Shown piece after piece: positions 44,875 through 59,045 of a DNA stretch of 64,000 nucleotides. Below the pieces are notes generated by a model, which was given only the letters and a program-made list of their open reading frames with translations, did not search any database and was not told the DNA's origin. A program made the translations under genes and the position numbers. This DNA is from Octopus vulgaris (Eukaryota): positions 75,702,001-75,766,000 of the forward strand of contig OX597823.1 of NCBI GenBank assembly GCA_951406725.2. Direction: 5' to 3'. The number at the start of each line of letters is the position of its first letter. Position 1 is the stretch's first letter.

Positions 44875-45942
44875 ATACAAACATATATACCTGTGTATAT
44901 ATATATATATATGAATATACAGGTATATATACGTATATATGTATGTGTATACAAACATATATCCATATATATAAACCTGTATATATGTATATATATATAT
45001 ACATTCATACACACATACACACGCACATAAATATACGCGTATATTCCGAGAGGCATCTAAGGTACATTGAATTTAAATGGTGGAAATAGTATGCAATTAT
45101 AAAATATACGTATATACAACATATTGTATTTTAATATGAACCCATATACACATGTATATTTACATATGTATGTATATGAATAAAAATAAACAATTACATA
45201 TATATCTATATATATGCATACATATGTTTACATTCATACACTCATACATGCATGCATACATACACATATACATACCTACATACACAATGATAGCTTTGGT
45301 GACAAGAAGTGAAGCCTATTTTGTTATCATTTTTATTTTTGAAATTGTGAGAACCTATTTTTTTATTTTAATACAAATGTTTGACGCAATCGCTATTGTA
45401 ACTAGTAGCTATTGCAGTGTTTGTGTGGGTGTATGAGCTTTCGATAATGCAATTGTTTTTGCAATGTGTAGTGGCTTAGACTGCTTCGGTTGTGGTTTGT
45501 TACAGTAAGCTTTGTGTATCGTAATGGGTTATATATGGAAATATATAAACATTTCTTAACTCCAGCAAACTATATGAGGGTTAGTTCGGAAGGGCGAATA
45601 TTGTTTGGATAAAGTAACTGATTCTTACTTTACATCAAATGCTTTTTTTTTCAGTATTTTCTTGTTGGTATTAATTGATGTCTGCATAATGCGCATACAT
45701 ATAGTTGTTTACTCATCAATTCAATTAATTTTACGATTGAATATTATTATCATACGAATGAGTTATTGAAAGGAGTTGTGTAATGATATGAATAACCATG
45801 ATATCACATATTTTATTTCTATATTTAATTACAATGTCCAAGAAATATTTCACGCTAGCAATGTCTTTCTCATGCAAATATTAAGTGCATCATAGTTAGA
45901 CACACTTGAAGTATGTATACTACTCTATTATTCACAATTTTA

Positions 45943-46145
45943 AGGTGGAAGGCTGACAGAAATGTTAAGCTTAATGGCATTTCGCCCATCTTTATGATGA
46001 GAGTTCAAATTCCACAGTGGTCGAATTTGCCTTCCCTCATTTTGTGGTCGATAAAGTAAGTAACATTTGAGCACTGTTAGCCGAAGTATTCGACTTACTC
46101 CTTCCAAAAGAATTGCTGGCCTGGTGCCATAATTGGAAACCAATA
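45943..46145 (+). mobile_element. Degraded tRNA-derived SINE (OR-like family)
   Basis: ggcatttcgccc...gagttcaaattcc...ggtcgataaa.taagta...gctggcctggtgcc. Confidence 0.7.
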
Positions 46146-46899
46146 GTATTAACATGGTTATCAGTTTCCGTATTTTTGTAGCATTTTGAGAGCAACCTTT
46201 TACCAGTAATACATACACTGGTTACTCTTCACTCATTGTATTATTATTAGTAAACTAGTTAACTATTTTTAACAATTAAGTAATTGATCAGAATCAGTTA
46301 AACTAAATAGAATGCCGATGTATTCGCTTTAGTATGTGTTTATATATAACACATAATCTAAACTGCTTCTTAAGAATAATTTACAAATAATATCGTATTT
46401 ATTATGATAAAATATTTCAATTTGTTAGTAACCTAGTGTTTTAGTGTTGAGCTTATTTGTACTCAATATACGACGGATTGCTATTCATAAATCACCTGTC
46501 AATATTCATTGAGTTATATTTATTGGATAAAGTTAGGTTTCAAGCAGAAGATTCGTTGTTAAAGAGAGAATTCGTTGAAATTATATCTTCCAATAGGAAA
46601 GCTTTTTTTCCAGATATTTTCCTTAAACCTCGGAATTATTTTTATAGCTAATTACTCCGGATATAATTTTTTCGGCATTCTTTTCAATTTTACGTTCTGA
46701 GTTGATGTTCTGCCAATGTGGACTTTCTTTCTACTCTTTGGCGTCGATAAAATAATTACCTGTTGAGTTCTGCGGTCGACGAAAACGACATGTTCCGTCA
46801 CCTCGACATCGTCACCTTTTGCCAGAATTACAAAGAATTATATTAGTGGCTAATTATTTTAGAATCTATAATTAGAGAGCATTCGATGTGTTTCTGGTA

Positions 46900-48350
46900 A
46901 TTAATGCATGTCACGTTCTAAATAACTATCTTCTATTGTTGGCAAATATGGCATTCTGCAACAATAACTGTTCATCGCATTCATAAGGATGTTTGCTGTG
47001 TGTCTACAAGTATAGTTTTAGCGAGCACATTATGATTCTCCGTTGTTTGTGAATTTGATCTTTTCTCCATCTAAGATTGATGATTGCTAAATTCCAATAG
47101 ACTCTTCTAGCACACACAGTAAGGTGTTAAGTTCTGCTATTTTGTTAAATATTTTAGCTTAAAGTCCGGTACATTCTACCTTAACAAGCTTTCTAGATCT
47201 TGTTTATTATATCATAACTCGATTACTGCAATTTTGAACAATTCTAGAATCCTCCTCATTGTTATTCTGTAATTTCGCTGGATGAGTTTTTGAATGTTCA
47301 ATCGTCGCAGTCTGAATGTTATCCAGGCGTATCCCTCCATATTCCTTCTGCTCGAATAATCTATAAGTTATTCACCACATAACATATAATGCTTTCTTCG
47401 GTAGAATTAATTAGATAAATGAAATAATAAATGTGCCTTATGCGAGAAAACGACAAAACGGATGTAATGCGTTTTTTCAAAGGAACACTTTGTTAGGTCT
47501 GGCCTGCAAGAAAATTACAACTTATCAGCTATAATTTATGTTGTTGCTAGTGATATTCATGCGTTGCTACCATATATTGACATTAGCTACTTTTTACCAA
47601 GATTTCTTTTTGATGACAGGTGAATTATTTTAGTTCAAAAGAGCGTTCCTGATTTACATATCGATGGATCCTATGCAATTTAGCATGTATGAATGTCCTT
47701 AGGATACACTTTTAGTTACGACAGCCTCATTAAAATCACATTATGTATCTGATGTTTCTTTATTTGCTCTTTTCGGGAGTTTGGTTTTCTGTATTTTCCT
47801 TGCCGATCTAATTAAGGACTGCGTGTTATATTTTATATCTTTTTCATTATTATTTTGTTTTGCTGAGAATATTTGATCCAGTTTAAGTTTTTCTATAAGA
47901 ACAAATTGGAGCAATTATCAATTCTTCTGATTACCTACTGCGGTGGATAGCTAGATTACCTTATTAAATTTGAAGATATTGATGAATGCATCTACTAACA
48001 GTGCAGTGACGAATGATGCGATGAATGAATATTGTAAGCTTGACAGTCCGCTTTATATTTCTAAATATTTCGTATGATGCTGGAAAGTACATTGATTTCA
48101 ACTTTACATCTATCTCTCGTTTAATTACAATAAATATCTGAGCGTCTGATTTGGGTGTTTTTACATTAGATAGATTTTATATACTTATTTTAATGTTTCC
48201 ATTTTTCTGGTTACACAGCAGATTTTGTTTTCCAATTTTCGCTTCCTTTTAAAATTTGTTCATTTTTTTTTCATTATACATTGTTTTCTCCTATGTACCG
48301 CATCTCGATGTCCGTAATATTTCTCTTCTAAAACCTGGCCTTGTAGTTTC
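46900..48350 (-). mobile_element. Very old R4/Dong-like LINE remnant
   Basis: Weak minus-strand motifs RLFEQKEYGGIRL (RLY..R..GGRGL) and IEKLKL (MDDLKL). Confidence 0.35.
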
Positions 48351-48400
48351 GAGGAATAATATATCAATGTTGATTATGTATCAATATCCTGGATATCGTC

Positions 48401-48471
48401 GGGCATATGGAGTAGTGGTTAAGAGCGCAGGCTACTATCCCCAGGATTTCGAGTTCGAGGTCAGGCAGCGA

Positions 48472-48543
<72 letters not shown>

Positions 48544-48562
48544 TAATAACAACAACAACAAC

Positions 48563-48627
<65 letters not shown>

Positions 48628-48827
48628 CAACAAGAATAATAACAACAACAACAAAAATACCTTAGGAATAAGCACCCAGGTTCGAAATTTCACCAAGACA
48701 CCTGATGAAGGCTGGAGTGCATATGAGCTGAAACGTGTTAACAACAAAGAAGATGAGTACAAATACCTGTCAAATGTAAATAATGTAAATACTGTACATA
48801 ATTCCTCATCTCTTAAATATAGAACTG
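48401..48827 (+). mobile_element. tRNA-headed SINE-like element with internal (AAT/AAC)n and a hammerhead-like motif
   Basis: A-box TGGAGTAGTGG, B-box GAGTTCGAG, (AAT)n at 48476-48653, then gacac-CTGATGA-a-ggct..agct-GAAA-c-gtgtt at 48697-48739. The 3' boundary is approximate. Confidence 0.7.
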
Positions 48828-49199
48828 CATATATTCTTGTTGTTGCTAAAGGAGTACACTTGAAGAATTTCTCAATTCGTTATCTATATGATCTCTATAG
48901 CTAAATATATAACTTTGTTTTACAATTAAATATCATGCTGGATTATTCTACAACTCCCAAGAGAATTTCTCACAGCAAGACGTAATTTCTTAACGATATA
49001 ATGAAGTTTGTTTGTTTCAGTCCTCCTCCAAAACAACTTTGCCTTGAAACAAAATTATTCTATTCAGAATTATGTTGCACCTATTAGAAATAAACGAGTA
49101 AGAGGAATGGTTTTAAACATCTACGTATTTTGCATAATGATACAGTGAAGAGGAATTAATGCAATACGAGCACCCAAACTTTCAATTCGTAGTCAGACC

Positions 49200-49950
49200 T
49201 CCTCTAACATTTGAGGCTGGAAGCATTCTATTTCTATAACAAATCTATAACATTGCACAACAAATGTGCAGCAATCTAGAAGTTAAATGTAGGCACCAGA
49301 ATCAAAGATTTTTGTTAGATTTGAAGATGTTCGTTAACTTTGTTTCTAAAAGAAGAACATGGAATCATTGGTTTAGAGTTGTATTTGATCAATGAGTTGA
49401 AAATGCACCTCGTTAAGTTTTAATAAGAAGAAATGTCATAATCATTCGCCAAAGTTCAAAGACTGCCAAATAATATCTGAAGTTTCCAAGAAAAATGTTA
49501 ATGTTCTTACTTTGATCCTTTGATCTCATGACTCATTTCTCTGGATAAAATTCAATTGAATATTTGAAGAAAGTTGTTTGCTGTGATTTTATATTCTTGT
49601 TAGTGAGGTGACTGTGTGAGTGTGGGTGGCAAACAGAAATATTCATAAAATTTACAAATAGTAAATTAATTCTACCGTTCGATAATTTATCTCATTCTAT
49701 ATCTTTCACAACAGGTCCTCCTCTGTGAATTTATTGCTAAACTCTCAGACACATTTGAAGATGCAAATATTCAAATATACACAAATATTATAAATCTTAG
49801 TCCGCCAGAACAAGGTCAAACTTTAGATCAGTATTTCGAATTTTGAATAATTTGAAGAAATTTTGACCACATTATTGTTCTTCAGCTTTATTAACTAATG
49901 ACATGATTGGTTGGTTTCATTTCGTGTCTTATGGGATTGCTTAAAGGTTA
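49200..49950 (+). mobile_element. Decayed hAT transposase remnant (central/C-terminal)
   Basis: Weak motifs FDLMTHF (AFLVDL..HL) and ...NIINL...YFEF* (EFW). Confidence 0.3.
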
Positions 49951-51149
49951 GCATACACATGAACTATTTCAAGTAAAATGTGTTGATGAATGGGCTATTC
50001 GTGGTGATAATTTGTTTAAACAAAGCATATCAATGAGTAAAAATATAGTGTCTTAAAGCTTTATATTTCAGTATAGTATTCAATTTTTCACAGTTGTTAG
50101 AAGACACATATATTTGGCAAACGGAGGTAGTGACTTATATCCACAGTTGTACTAGAAATACTATTATTGTTAAAAAATGTATATTCACACCAAGTGTTCG
50201 TTTTTAATTGGATACTGCCAGTATATTTCTTAATATATCGTGATTCAACAATTACAATGTGCATTTGAAATATATATATACAGACGCATTTCAGAATTAG
50301 CTGAAATACTTTGAGTTTGATAAATAGTGAAGGAGACTGATGTGTTATAATAAGCAGAGCTCGCTGTGGACAGTTAGAAAACGTTTTTCAACATCATGTG
50401 TACTCATTGAATAACACACCTGATGCTCTTCGCAAATATTATACACATCGATATTAAAAGTTAACTGTTTCATGCTCGTATTTTGATTTAATTTTCCCGA
50501 GTACTTTTCTCATGATTTCGTTGATATTTTGTTCATAATTTCTATATAGCAAAGAATACATTTCGACATGGCTTCGAACGTTGGCGGATGTCTGTAATTT
50601 AGTAGCCTGATGAGGTCAAAACAGTGAGTTGGAAAATCAAATGACGATAGTCTAAGTGTTTCTTCATGGTTTTATATAAATCCTTTTGACAAGTTTCTCT
50701 GAAACAAAATATTATATCTAATACAGCCCGATATATGTGTAAGGTTGTACGGATTATGAAAATTGCTATTTTCATCTAACTGTGTTTCTCCTTCGCATAT
50801 TGAGTTAATATATTCATATTTCTTATTAGCACAAAACTGATTTCAGGCCGCACTTTGTACATGTAATATTCTTTTCGTGACAGCAAAACTGAAATCAACA
50901 TCAATTTCAATATCAGAAAAAATGATAATGCTGCAGATACATATTGATATAATGTTGAAACCACGACTACAATTATAAAAGGTTAAATTGACAATTTGAA
51001 GTGAAAACAAACTGAGGTATACAGCAGGATGTGAACATGTAGATCAACCGATTCTGTTACAGAAGCATTTTCCTGAAATGTGTGTCTGATTTTCTGATAC
51101 GGACATAAGTAGGAATTATATCATGGCTGTTTTGATCGTTGTATTTAGT

Positions 51150-51330
51150 AACACAGCATGGGTGACTACACGTTGGTTTGCTTGTTGATTTGCAATATGG
51201 AACGTTTCAGGCAACACGAAATTGCTGCTAAGAAACAATGCATAATAAAGTTAATTATGGTAAAACTGGAAAGACATTGGAAGACTTCAACACACAAACA
51301 TCAACTAACTGAAAATCTGAAGTCAGGTAG
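51150..51330 (+). mobile_element. Possible hAT N-terminal BED zinc-finger remnant
   Basis: CLLICN...KLERHWKTSTH resembles the Buster-type CxxC...KLKRHL.T.H motif. Confidence 0.3.
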
Positions 51331-52158
51331 AATTTATCAAACACAACCGGTTTTCCTCTTAATGTGTTTCGAAATTTTTGCTCGTCAATTATTTACAGCC
51401 TTTAGTATCTGGTTACATTCTCATTCCACTAAATAGTTAACTTCATTACTAACAAAATAGCAACGCACGAAGTATTCTGCTGTTTTTTTTTACCTCTTAT
51501 ACGTTAAAGTTTCTTTCTTTGTGTTTTTTTTTCCACTCCCAACCACTGAAGTTACTATGTTTTTGTTCTCTGAAAATTAAATACAAAATAAAATTTGTTT
51601 AGCTTGACTGGAAACCAGTTCTCGCATCCTTAATGAGCGAACTGGAATCGAGGAAATGGAATATTCTACTTTACACCTGTCATACCATTTTAATTGGATA
51701 CTAAGACAGCTGAGTTAATTATACTTCTAGTTAAAAATGTCAAGATATTTTCATTTATTATATATTTTTCAGTTGTTGACCTTTTACATCTGCTTAGCCC
51801 CTACTTTAAAAGTATTGTAGAAATAATTTTTTAATGCTATTATAATACTGCAATAAATCATATTGATTTTTTTTAAACTCTGGAAAAAAGCCACTGTTTA
51901 TAGTCTTGGAACATAGTCAAATGAATTGATGTCAGTACATTGCTATCAATATTCTATAGACTGAAAGAATTAACAGCAGTGCTAATCCGTATAAATTTCA
52001 TATAACGTGAGATATCTAAATAGAGCAACGGCTGTCTATAATTTTGCTATTCACCACTATTCTGCTATAAATATTTTGTTAATTTTTGGAACAATAGATT
52101 TTTTCTTTACCTGGGTATTTTGTGCTCAATATTAGATATATTTCCCTGAAATAAGTTA

Positions 52159-52198
<40 letters not shown>

Positions 52199-52264
52199 AA
52201 TACATTAACAGACACAAATACACAGACCCCTACAAACGTATGTATATATACATACATACATACA

Positions 52265-52300
<36 letters not shown>

Positions 52301-52479
52301 TATTATATATATATATATATATTAATAAAAGGGTAAAATTAATTAATTAACCATTTAATTAATTAATAATTAAAATTTTTACCTACAGAAAAAAGATATG
52401 CATATATTTCTTAACAATCCACGAATTAAAATTTTGTTTCAAAATATCAAAATATTTTAAACTTCTCCTAATGCTATAA

Positions 52480-53210
52480 ATTTTTCAGCTTTAACACTAG
52501 AGGAATATTTGATATTCTTTAAACAATGGTCGGTCAGGGTTGTATATATAATATACATTCATTTCCGTATGTATTTTGTAGGTTGATACTAATAATTCCC
52601 TTCAATTTTTCTGTTACACTTATACAACAAACTTCGATTCTCTAGTATCCGTTCGCGTATTTCCATAGCATTTCATAAATGTTTGATTTAAACGAGTATC
52701 ATCTTAACATTCTCCAGTATATCTCAAATGAGTTCTAGCTCAAGATTTATTGACCATAATCTTACTTGTACCATCTAGCAGAGTTTTACGCTCCAATTTT
52801 AATTCGCCGTATCCTTCTTTCTAAACTGCTCTTTCATGTTTGCGTCATTTATCTTATCCAGTTCTGCTATACGTAAGTAATTATATTCTTGATATATCTA
52901 CTTGATTCATGAATTCCGACCTGGTAATTGCATCACATTATTTCGCACCATCTTTCTACCCTTATTTATTAAAGCTCCACGCTTTTTAATCACAAATCGA
53001 TCCTAATATCTTTACTCATTCCAGATCATCTTTGTGGTAACATATCTGTTTGATCTTCCTTCTTTATGAATAGTTTCAAGTCATCCATAAACAGGTGATT
53101 TATTTTATGTTTCTTTATTAATAATATAACAATTCTCTTACTTGTATTTCTAGCAATGTTAGAATATCCTTACGTGTCAAACAAAGCAAATGATACAAGC
53201 CATCAAGCTG
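52480..53210 (-). mobile_element. R4/Dong-clade LINE RT remnant
   Basis: HLFMDDLKL (~53075-53100) and YLRIAELDKINDANMKE (YLGI.E.D.I...MKE). Confidence 0.65.
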
Positions 53211-53429
53211 ATGGCTTCTGCCAGGCTGATAAAATATTGCTCATCTCTTCAGTACAATAGCTTTCATTTGTTTTTCGTTTCTTATAATCTTTAAATTTCT
53301 TATAACTTCTGTTGTATGCGTCATTTCTACACTGTATAATGTAGAAATAACTACCACTGCCATCTATATTATCAAAAAGACAAAGTATCATCCTTATAAT
53401 TAATATTATTGATGTTTTTGTTATTGTGT

Positions 53430-53464
53430 TTATTATTACTATTGTTGTTGTTAATATTATAATC

Positions 53465-53518
<54 letters not shown>

Positions 53519-53791
53519 ATTATTTTATTAGTATTATTATTATTATTATTATTAATATTATTATTATTATTATTGTTGTTGCTGTTGTCATTATTATTAT
53601 TATTATTGTTGTTGTTGTTGTTGTCATTATTATTATTATTAATATTATTATTATTATCATTATTATTATTAGTAGTATTGTTGTTGTTGTTCTTGTCATT
53701 TTTATTATTTTCAATATTTTAATTATTATTATCATTATTATTTTTAGTATTATTATTATTATTGTTGTTGTTGTTGTTGCTGTTGTCAGTA

Positions 53792-53826
<35 letters not shown>

Positions 53827-53905
53827 GTTGTTGTTGTCATTATTATCATTATTATTATTAGTATTATTATTATTATTGTTGTTGTTGTTGTTATTATTAT
53901 TATTA
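53430..53905. repeat. Compound (ATT/GTT)n microsatellite
   Basis: Direct reading. Confidence 0.95.
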
Positions 53906-53908
53906 TAA

Positions 53909-54118
53909 AGGCGGTGAACAGGCAGAATCGTTAAGAAGCCGGGTGAAATGCTTAGCGGTATTTCGCCCGTCGCTACGTCCTGAGTTCAAATTCCACCGAG
54001 CTCAAGTTTGCCTTTCATCCTTTCGAATTCGATAAATTAAGTACCTGTCGAGTACTGCGGTTGATGTAATTGACTGTCCCCTGCCCATGAAATACAACCC
54101 GTGTGCCTATAGTAGAAA
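53909..54118 (+). mobile_element. tRNA-derived SINE (OR-like family), full length
   Basis: ggcggtgaacaggcagaatcgttaag...gagttcaaattccaccgag...tttgcctttcatcctttcg...gataaattaagtacc...gtgcctatagtagaaa. Confidence 0.9.
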
Positions 54119-54149
54119 TGATAATTATTTTATTATTATTAATATTAAT

Positions 54150-55140
54150 ATTCCTTCGTAACACAGCGTAGGTAAAAATGCACCGGAGACTTTAGACACC
54201 TGTCACGTCACAAGTGCCTCAGACAGATAATACTTTCATTAAGATATGTGCTGTTCCCAATAAGGCTGCTTTTTGGAACACATCAATCTTTCATGGGATT
54301 TCCAGTTGCCTTAAGAAGTTTTGAAGTTTCAATGGGATTGAGCCCAACGCTGTCATTATTACATTACCCTCTCACATCCCATAGCGTCTTGCCATTTCCA
54401 ATTTGGAGTATTTAGTGATTTTGTATGGCTACATCGATGATCTGACAGTATTTGTTTCTCTTATTCAATATCACAATATACGGCCGACGTTGTTCGATTA
54501 CACGATCCGTCTGAAAATAATATTTGCCCTGAAGGGGCTTTTCTTGCCAACGGTTTATCATGATCCGTTGGTCTTCTAGTTTTAGTTTGGATTTCCGTTG
54601 TTTTACAGCTTTTGTTGTTGCTTCTTCTTCTTCATAATTGTTGGTTACTATGACTTCTTTTTTTTTATATTTGTCAGCTTCCTTAAAGACTGAAAACAGA
54701 TTTTTGTTTTGTGGCTATTTGTATTAGTTTTTCTTGCTTCTGAAGTAGGTATTTCTGAATTTCTATGCAGGTTATTTTGTAATAGTTTTCTTGCTGTATA
54801 AGGTCACTACCACCGTCAATATGTTGTCTGTATGATATATAGACTTTCTATGTCATATTTGTGTCGGGGCATGCTAATTCTTATCATTAATTTTGCTCTC
54901 CTGTCCATTTTGATTAGTTCATTTAGAGTCCAGTTAAGAATTTTGTAGCTGTAACTTAAAACTCGGACAGTTAAGATGTTGATACCTATTATCTTGATTT
55001 TTGCACTGAGCTCTGTTTTCCGCATTAATCCTATTCGTTTATTGTAATCCCTTTTCATCCTCCCTTTCATTCGTGTGTTTAATCGTATCTTGTTCATTGA
55101 TTCCTAAATATTTGTATCTCTGGCTTTGGTCTTATTCTGT
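54150..55140 (-). mobile_element. R4/Dong-clade LINE 3' part (RT C-terminus + restriction-like endonuclease), flanked by (TAA)n
   Basis: ORF 54816-55097 KTELSAKIKIIGIN..LSYS..LNWT..EL; then FQTDRVIEQRRPYIV..IIDVA and FQKAALLGTAHIL. Confidence 0.85.
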
Positions 55141-55172
55141 TATTTCATTTGCTTTATCCTATTACTTTTATC

Positions 55173-55234
<62 letters not shown>

Positions 55235-55492
55235 CATTACTATTATTATTTTTATCATTATTATTATTATTATTATTATCATTATTATTATCATTATTAT
55301 TATTATTGTTATTATTATTATTAATATTATTATTATCATTATTATTATTATTGTTATTATTATTATTAATATTATTATTATTATTAATCATCGGATATGT
55401 TGCAGTTTCTGTCAATGGTCGTTGAATGGATTGTTAGTGCTAATATTAGTGATATCACTATAAATTCTATATATATATATATTCTATATATA

Positions 55493-55663
55493 GGCACAGG
55501 AGTGGCTGTCTGGTAAGTAGCTTGCTAACCAACGTCATGGTTCCGGGTTCAGTCCCACTGCGTGGCACCTTGGGAAAGTGTCTTCAACTATAGCCTCGGA
55601 CCGACTAAAGCCTTGTGAGTGGATTTGGTAGACGGAAACTGGAAGAAGCCTGTCGTATATATG

Positions 55664-55716
<53 letters not shown>

Positions 55717-55910
55717 CTGTGTTTGTCTCCCTAGCATTGTTTGACAACCGATGCTGGTGTGTTTATGTCCCCGTCACTTAGCGGTTCGGCAAAAGAGACC
55801 GATAGAATAAGTACTGAGCTTACAAAGAATAAGTCCTGGGGTCAATTTGCTCGACTAAAGGTTGTGCTCCAGCATGGCCGCAGTCATATGACTGAAACAA
55901 GTAAAAGAAA
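55493..55910 (+). mobile_element. Full-length tRNA-derived SINE with internal (TA)n(TG)n
   Basis: ggcacaggagtggctgtctggtaagtagc (A-box-like), GGGTTCAGTCCC (B-box), CORE-like ggcaccttgggaaagtgtctt, 3' part gatagaataagtact...gcatggccgcagtca.atgactgaaacaagtaaaag. Confidence 0.9.
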
Positions 55911-57920
55911 GATTATGTCTCACGTGAAGGGGATATTGCCTTAGGACACAGAACAGTGCGTTATTTTCTACTAGAAAATAGTAGAAAATATATCTTTCTG
56001 CACTGTTTCTTTTTTGATATCCCCTTTACGTATTTTTTATCTCCCACCCTTCTTACTAATGAATCACTACGGTTAAAATTGTCGTGAAGAACCACTTTTT
56101 CACTAGAGAATAGAAAAGTAGAACCAGTGTGAATATTTCCTGTTCAGTTGTGAGATACTCACCATTTAATGAGGTCTCATATGTGTGAAGACACTTCGCT
56201 AGACTTTTTAGGTTTTTCAAAATTTTACATCACTCCTACTCTCGACTGGATTAATTTCTTCATATTCCCAACAAATGCTTCAGCCTCCATCTTAGGCGTC
56301 TTTTAAGACGAAAGAAAATTGACTTGTTTTGTTTGGTTTGTATTCCATTATCCATTACTGTTACATTTTTTTAGATTTTACTACTAGACATTTATACAAT
56401 TTCAGATTATATATTTTGTGATACTTTTAAGTTTAAAAAGATTCAAGCCACTCTATATTCCTCATAAATATGAATATCGCAAAATTTCGTATACTTAATT
56501 CTAAATACCTTTTTATTTCTTGCTACTTCACTTAATAATCCGCTTTATATACGAGCAGATAGAGTATTCAAACTTATTATATTATTTCTGTTGTAAAAAT
56601 TAATCGGACGTGTAATATTTTCCTTGGTAGCTATTGTACTTTTTTCTTTCATTACCTCTTAAGATTTTTGTGTTTAGATCCGTGCTAGGAGTAATTACGC
56701 TCTCCCTGTCACATGATATTTCATTCCTTATTCAACACTCCTCTCTTCAAACTAATCAGCACCCCTTTCTTTTTGAATTCATAAACGGTGTATGATAGTG
56801 CTTCTATTTGCATACAATTTGAGACAATTCATGTGAATAAAACGTATTTTATGATACTTTTTACAAAATGTTTATCTCAATCTAGTCTTTTTTAACATGC
56901 TCGATAATATTGATGGTACCAGATCAAAAGGAAGTTTTCTTGGACTTACATTTCCTAATACGGACAGGTGTGTATATATTAGTTTCTGGAGTCACTTGTA
57001 TTCTCGTCTCCCATTTCATGACTTTTGATCCATTTTCCTTGTGCTTGTTCTTCTGTACACATGACTGATACTAATTCAATTATGGCGCTCACAAAGTCCT
57101 ACAAATTCTATAATCATTCATTAAACGCAGAAGCCAGAAGTTCGGAGTTTTAAGATACCGAATCTTCTAATATTACAACAACGACGACGACAACAACAAC
57201 AGTAACAACAACAAGTGCGATATTTACTGCTACTGCCAGTATTACCGCTGCTACTACGAAATAGTTTGTAGCAATAGTAATAGAATTTATTGGATAGACT
57301 TATAATGCTTGATGTGACGACAACAACGTTGGAAAACTAGGATGTCATTAAATGTGAATGCGGAGGTAAGGAGATGCAGAGGTGTGGTGATGAATGATAA
57401 CAAACAGATGAGAAAAGTAAACAAAGAAAATATAAAATAATATATAATATAAACATAAACAACAGAAAATAAACCATGACTGTTTGGAAATTAGCTACAG
57501 GCTGTGGGATAATTAAACACTGTCATGTTAGGTTTTTCATCATCGCCGTTGATAAGATATCGGTGGTGCTGAGGTAACGGTGGTGGTGCTGCAGGTTTGT
57601 ATTGTTGTTGTTGCTATAACTGCGTTGATGTTATTTCCTGTTTGGTGTATATCATTTCTTCTTCTTCTTTTTATTCTTCTTCTTTTTCTTCTATTTCTTC
57701 TTCTTCACCTCTGCTTCTTGATGTTGTCGTCGTTGGTGCTAGTGTGTTGTTGGTGAATTCGCTAAATCCTCGAACAAACTACTTAGTGTTATTTCTGCCA
57801 GCTTTTGGTTGCGACTTCAAATGCTGCAAATTTCAACTCTGCCTTTCATTCTTTATGGGTCGAGAAAATAAGTACCAGCTCAGTATTGCGGTAGAAGTAC
57901 GCGCGAAAATTTCATGTGAT

Positions 57921-58048
57921 CTTCTTCTTCTTCTCTTCTTCTTCTTCTTCTTCTTCTTCTTCTTCTTCTTCTTCTTCTTCTTTTTCTTCTTCGTCTTCTT
58001 CTTCTTCGTCTTCTTCTTCTTCTTCTTCCTCATCCTCCTCCTCCTCTT

Positions 58049-58090
<42 letters not shown>

Positions 58091-58109
58091 GTTGTTGTTG
58101 TTGTTATTA

Positions 58110-58155
<46 letters not shown>

Positions 58156-58157
58156 TA
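57921..58157. repeat. (TTC)n followed by (TTA)n microsatellite
   Basis: Direct reading. Confidence 0.95.
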
Positions 58158-58866
58158 GCCAAGACTTGTAAATTGACAGTCCGTTAGATACATTTGTCAC
58201 CAGAGAGAAAAAGTTTCATCATAATTATTTCTCTGCATCTTTTAATGGTCTATTATGCTTTTAATTCATTTTCGTTCTTAGCTGACGCATGTGGTCTTGG
58301 TTTTCTAAAGTTTTTGTCAGTAAAAGCAAATTTATTCTCGTAACACATGTCTTAAGATTCTCCATTCAACTTTAATTTTTATATCATAGAAATAGTATCC
58401 AACATTCTAAGCGCACAAATATTTTATATTCCCCAAAATAGCCATTAAACTTTGCTGATGGAATTATGAAATTTTTCATATCTGTCTGGCTCTTTATGTG
58501 TAAAGACTATGATAATTGAAAAGTTGATATTTAGAATTTTCAAATAGCATATATAATCAAACAGTTAAAGCAAGTAAAGATAAACAGTTGGTTATAGGAA
58601 GCTGTATTTAGACGAAGGTACAGCAATACAACTAATTTCTATGCCGTTTCTTATCTGTAAGGAGCTCCAGGGAGTTATATCAAGCGAGAGTGAGAAACTT
58701 TTGCATGTACATATTTCCCTTTAACAAATCATGCTAATTTATTTCTAGCTCTCACAATAGCCATGAATGTGAATTCATTTCCATGTCAAAAATATATTAT
58801 GTCAAACACACAGATGCAAATCACATTGTTATATATATACAGTCACACACACACATATATACATAC

Positions 58867-58911
<45 letters not shown>

Positions 58912-58916
58912 CATTC

Positions 58917-58947
<31 letters not shown>

Positions 58948-58953
58948 CATACA

Positions 58954-59009
<56 letters not shown>

Positions 59010-59014
59010 CATTC

Positions 59015-59045
<31 letters not shown>

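Noticed and set aside
50600-50630. CTGATGA hammerhead core
   Set aside because: Followed by ggtcAAAA, with no GAAA or closing stems.
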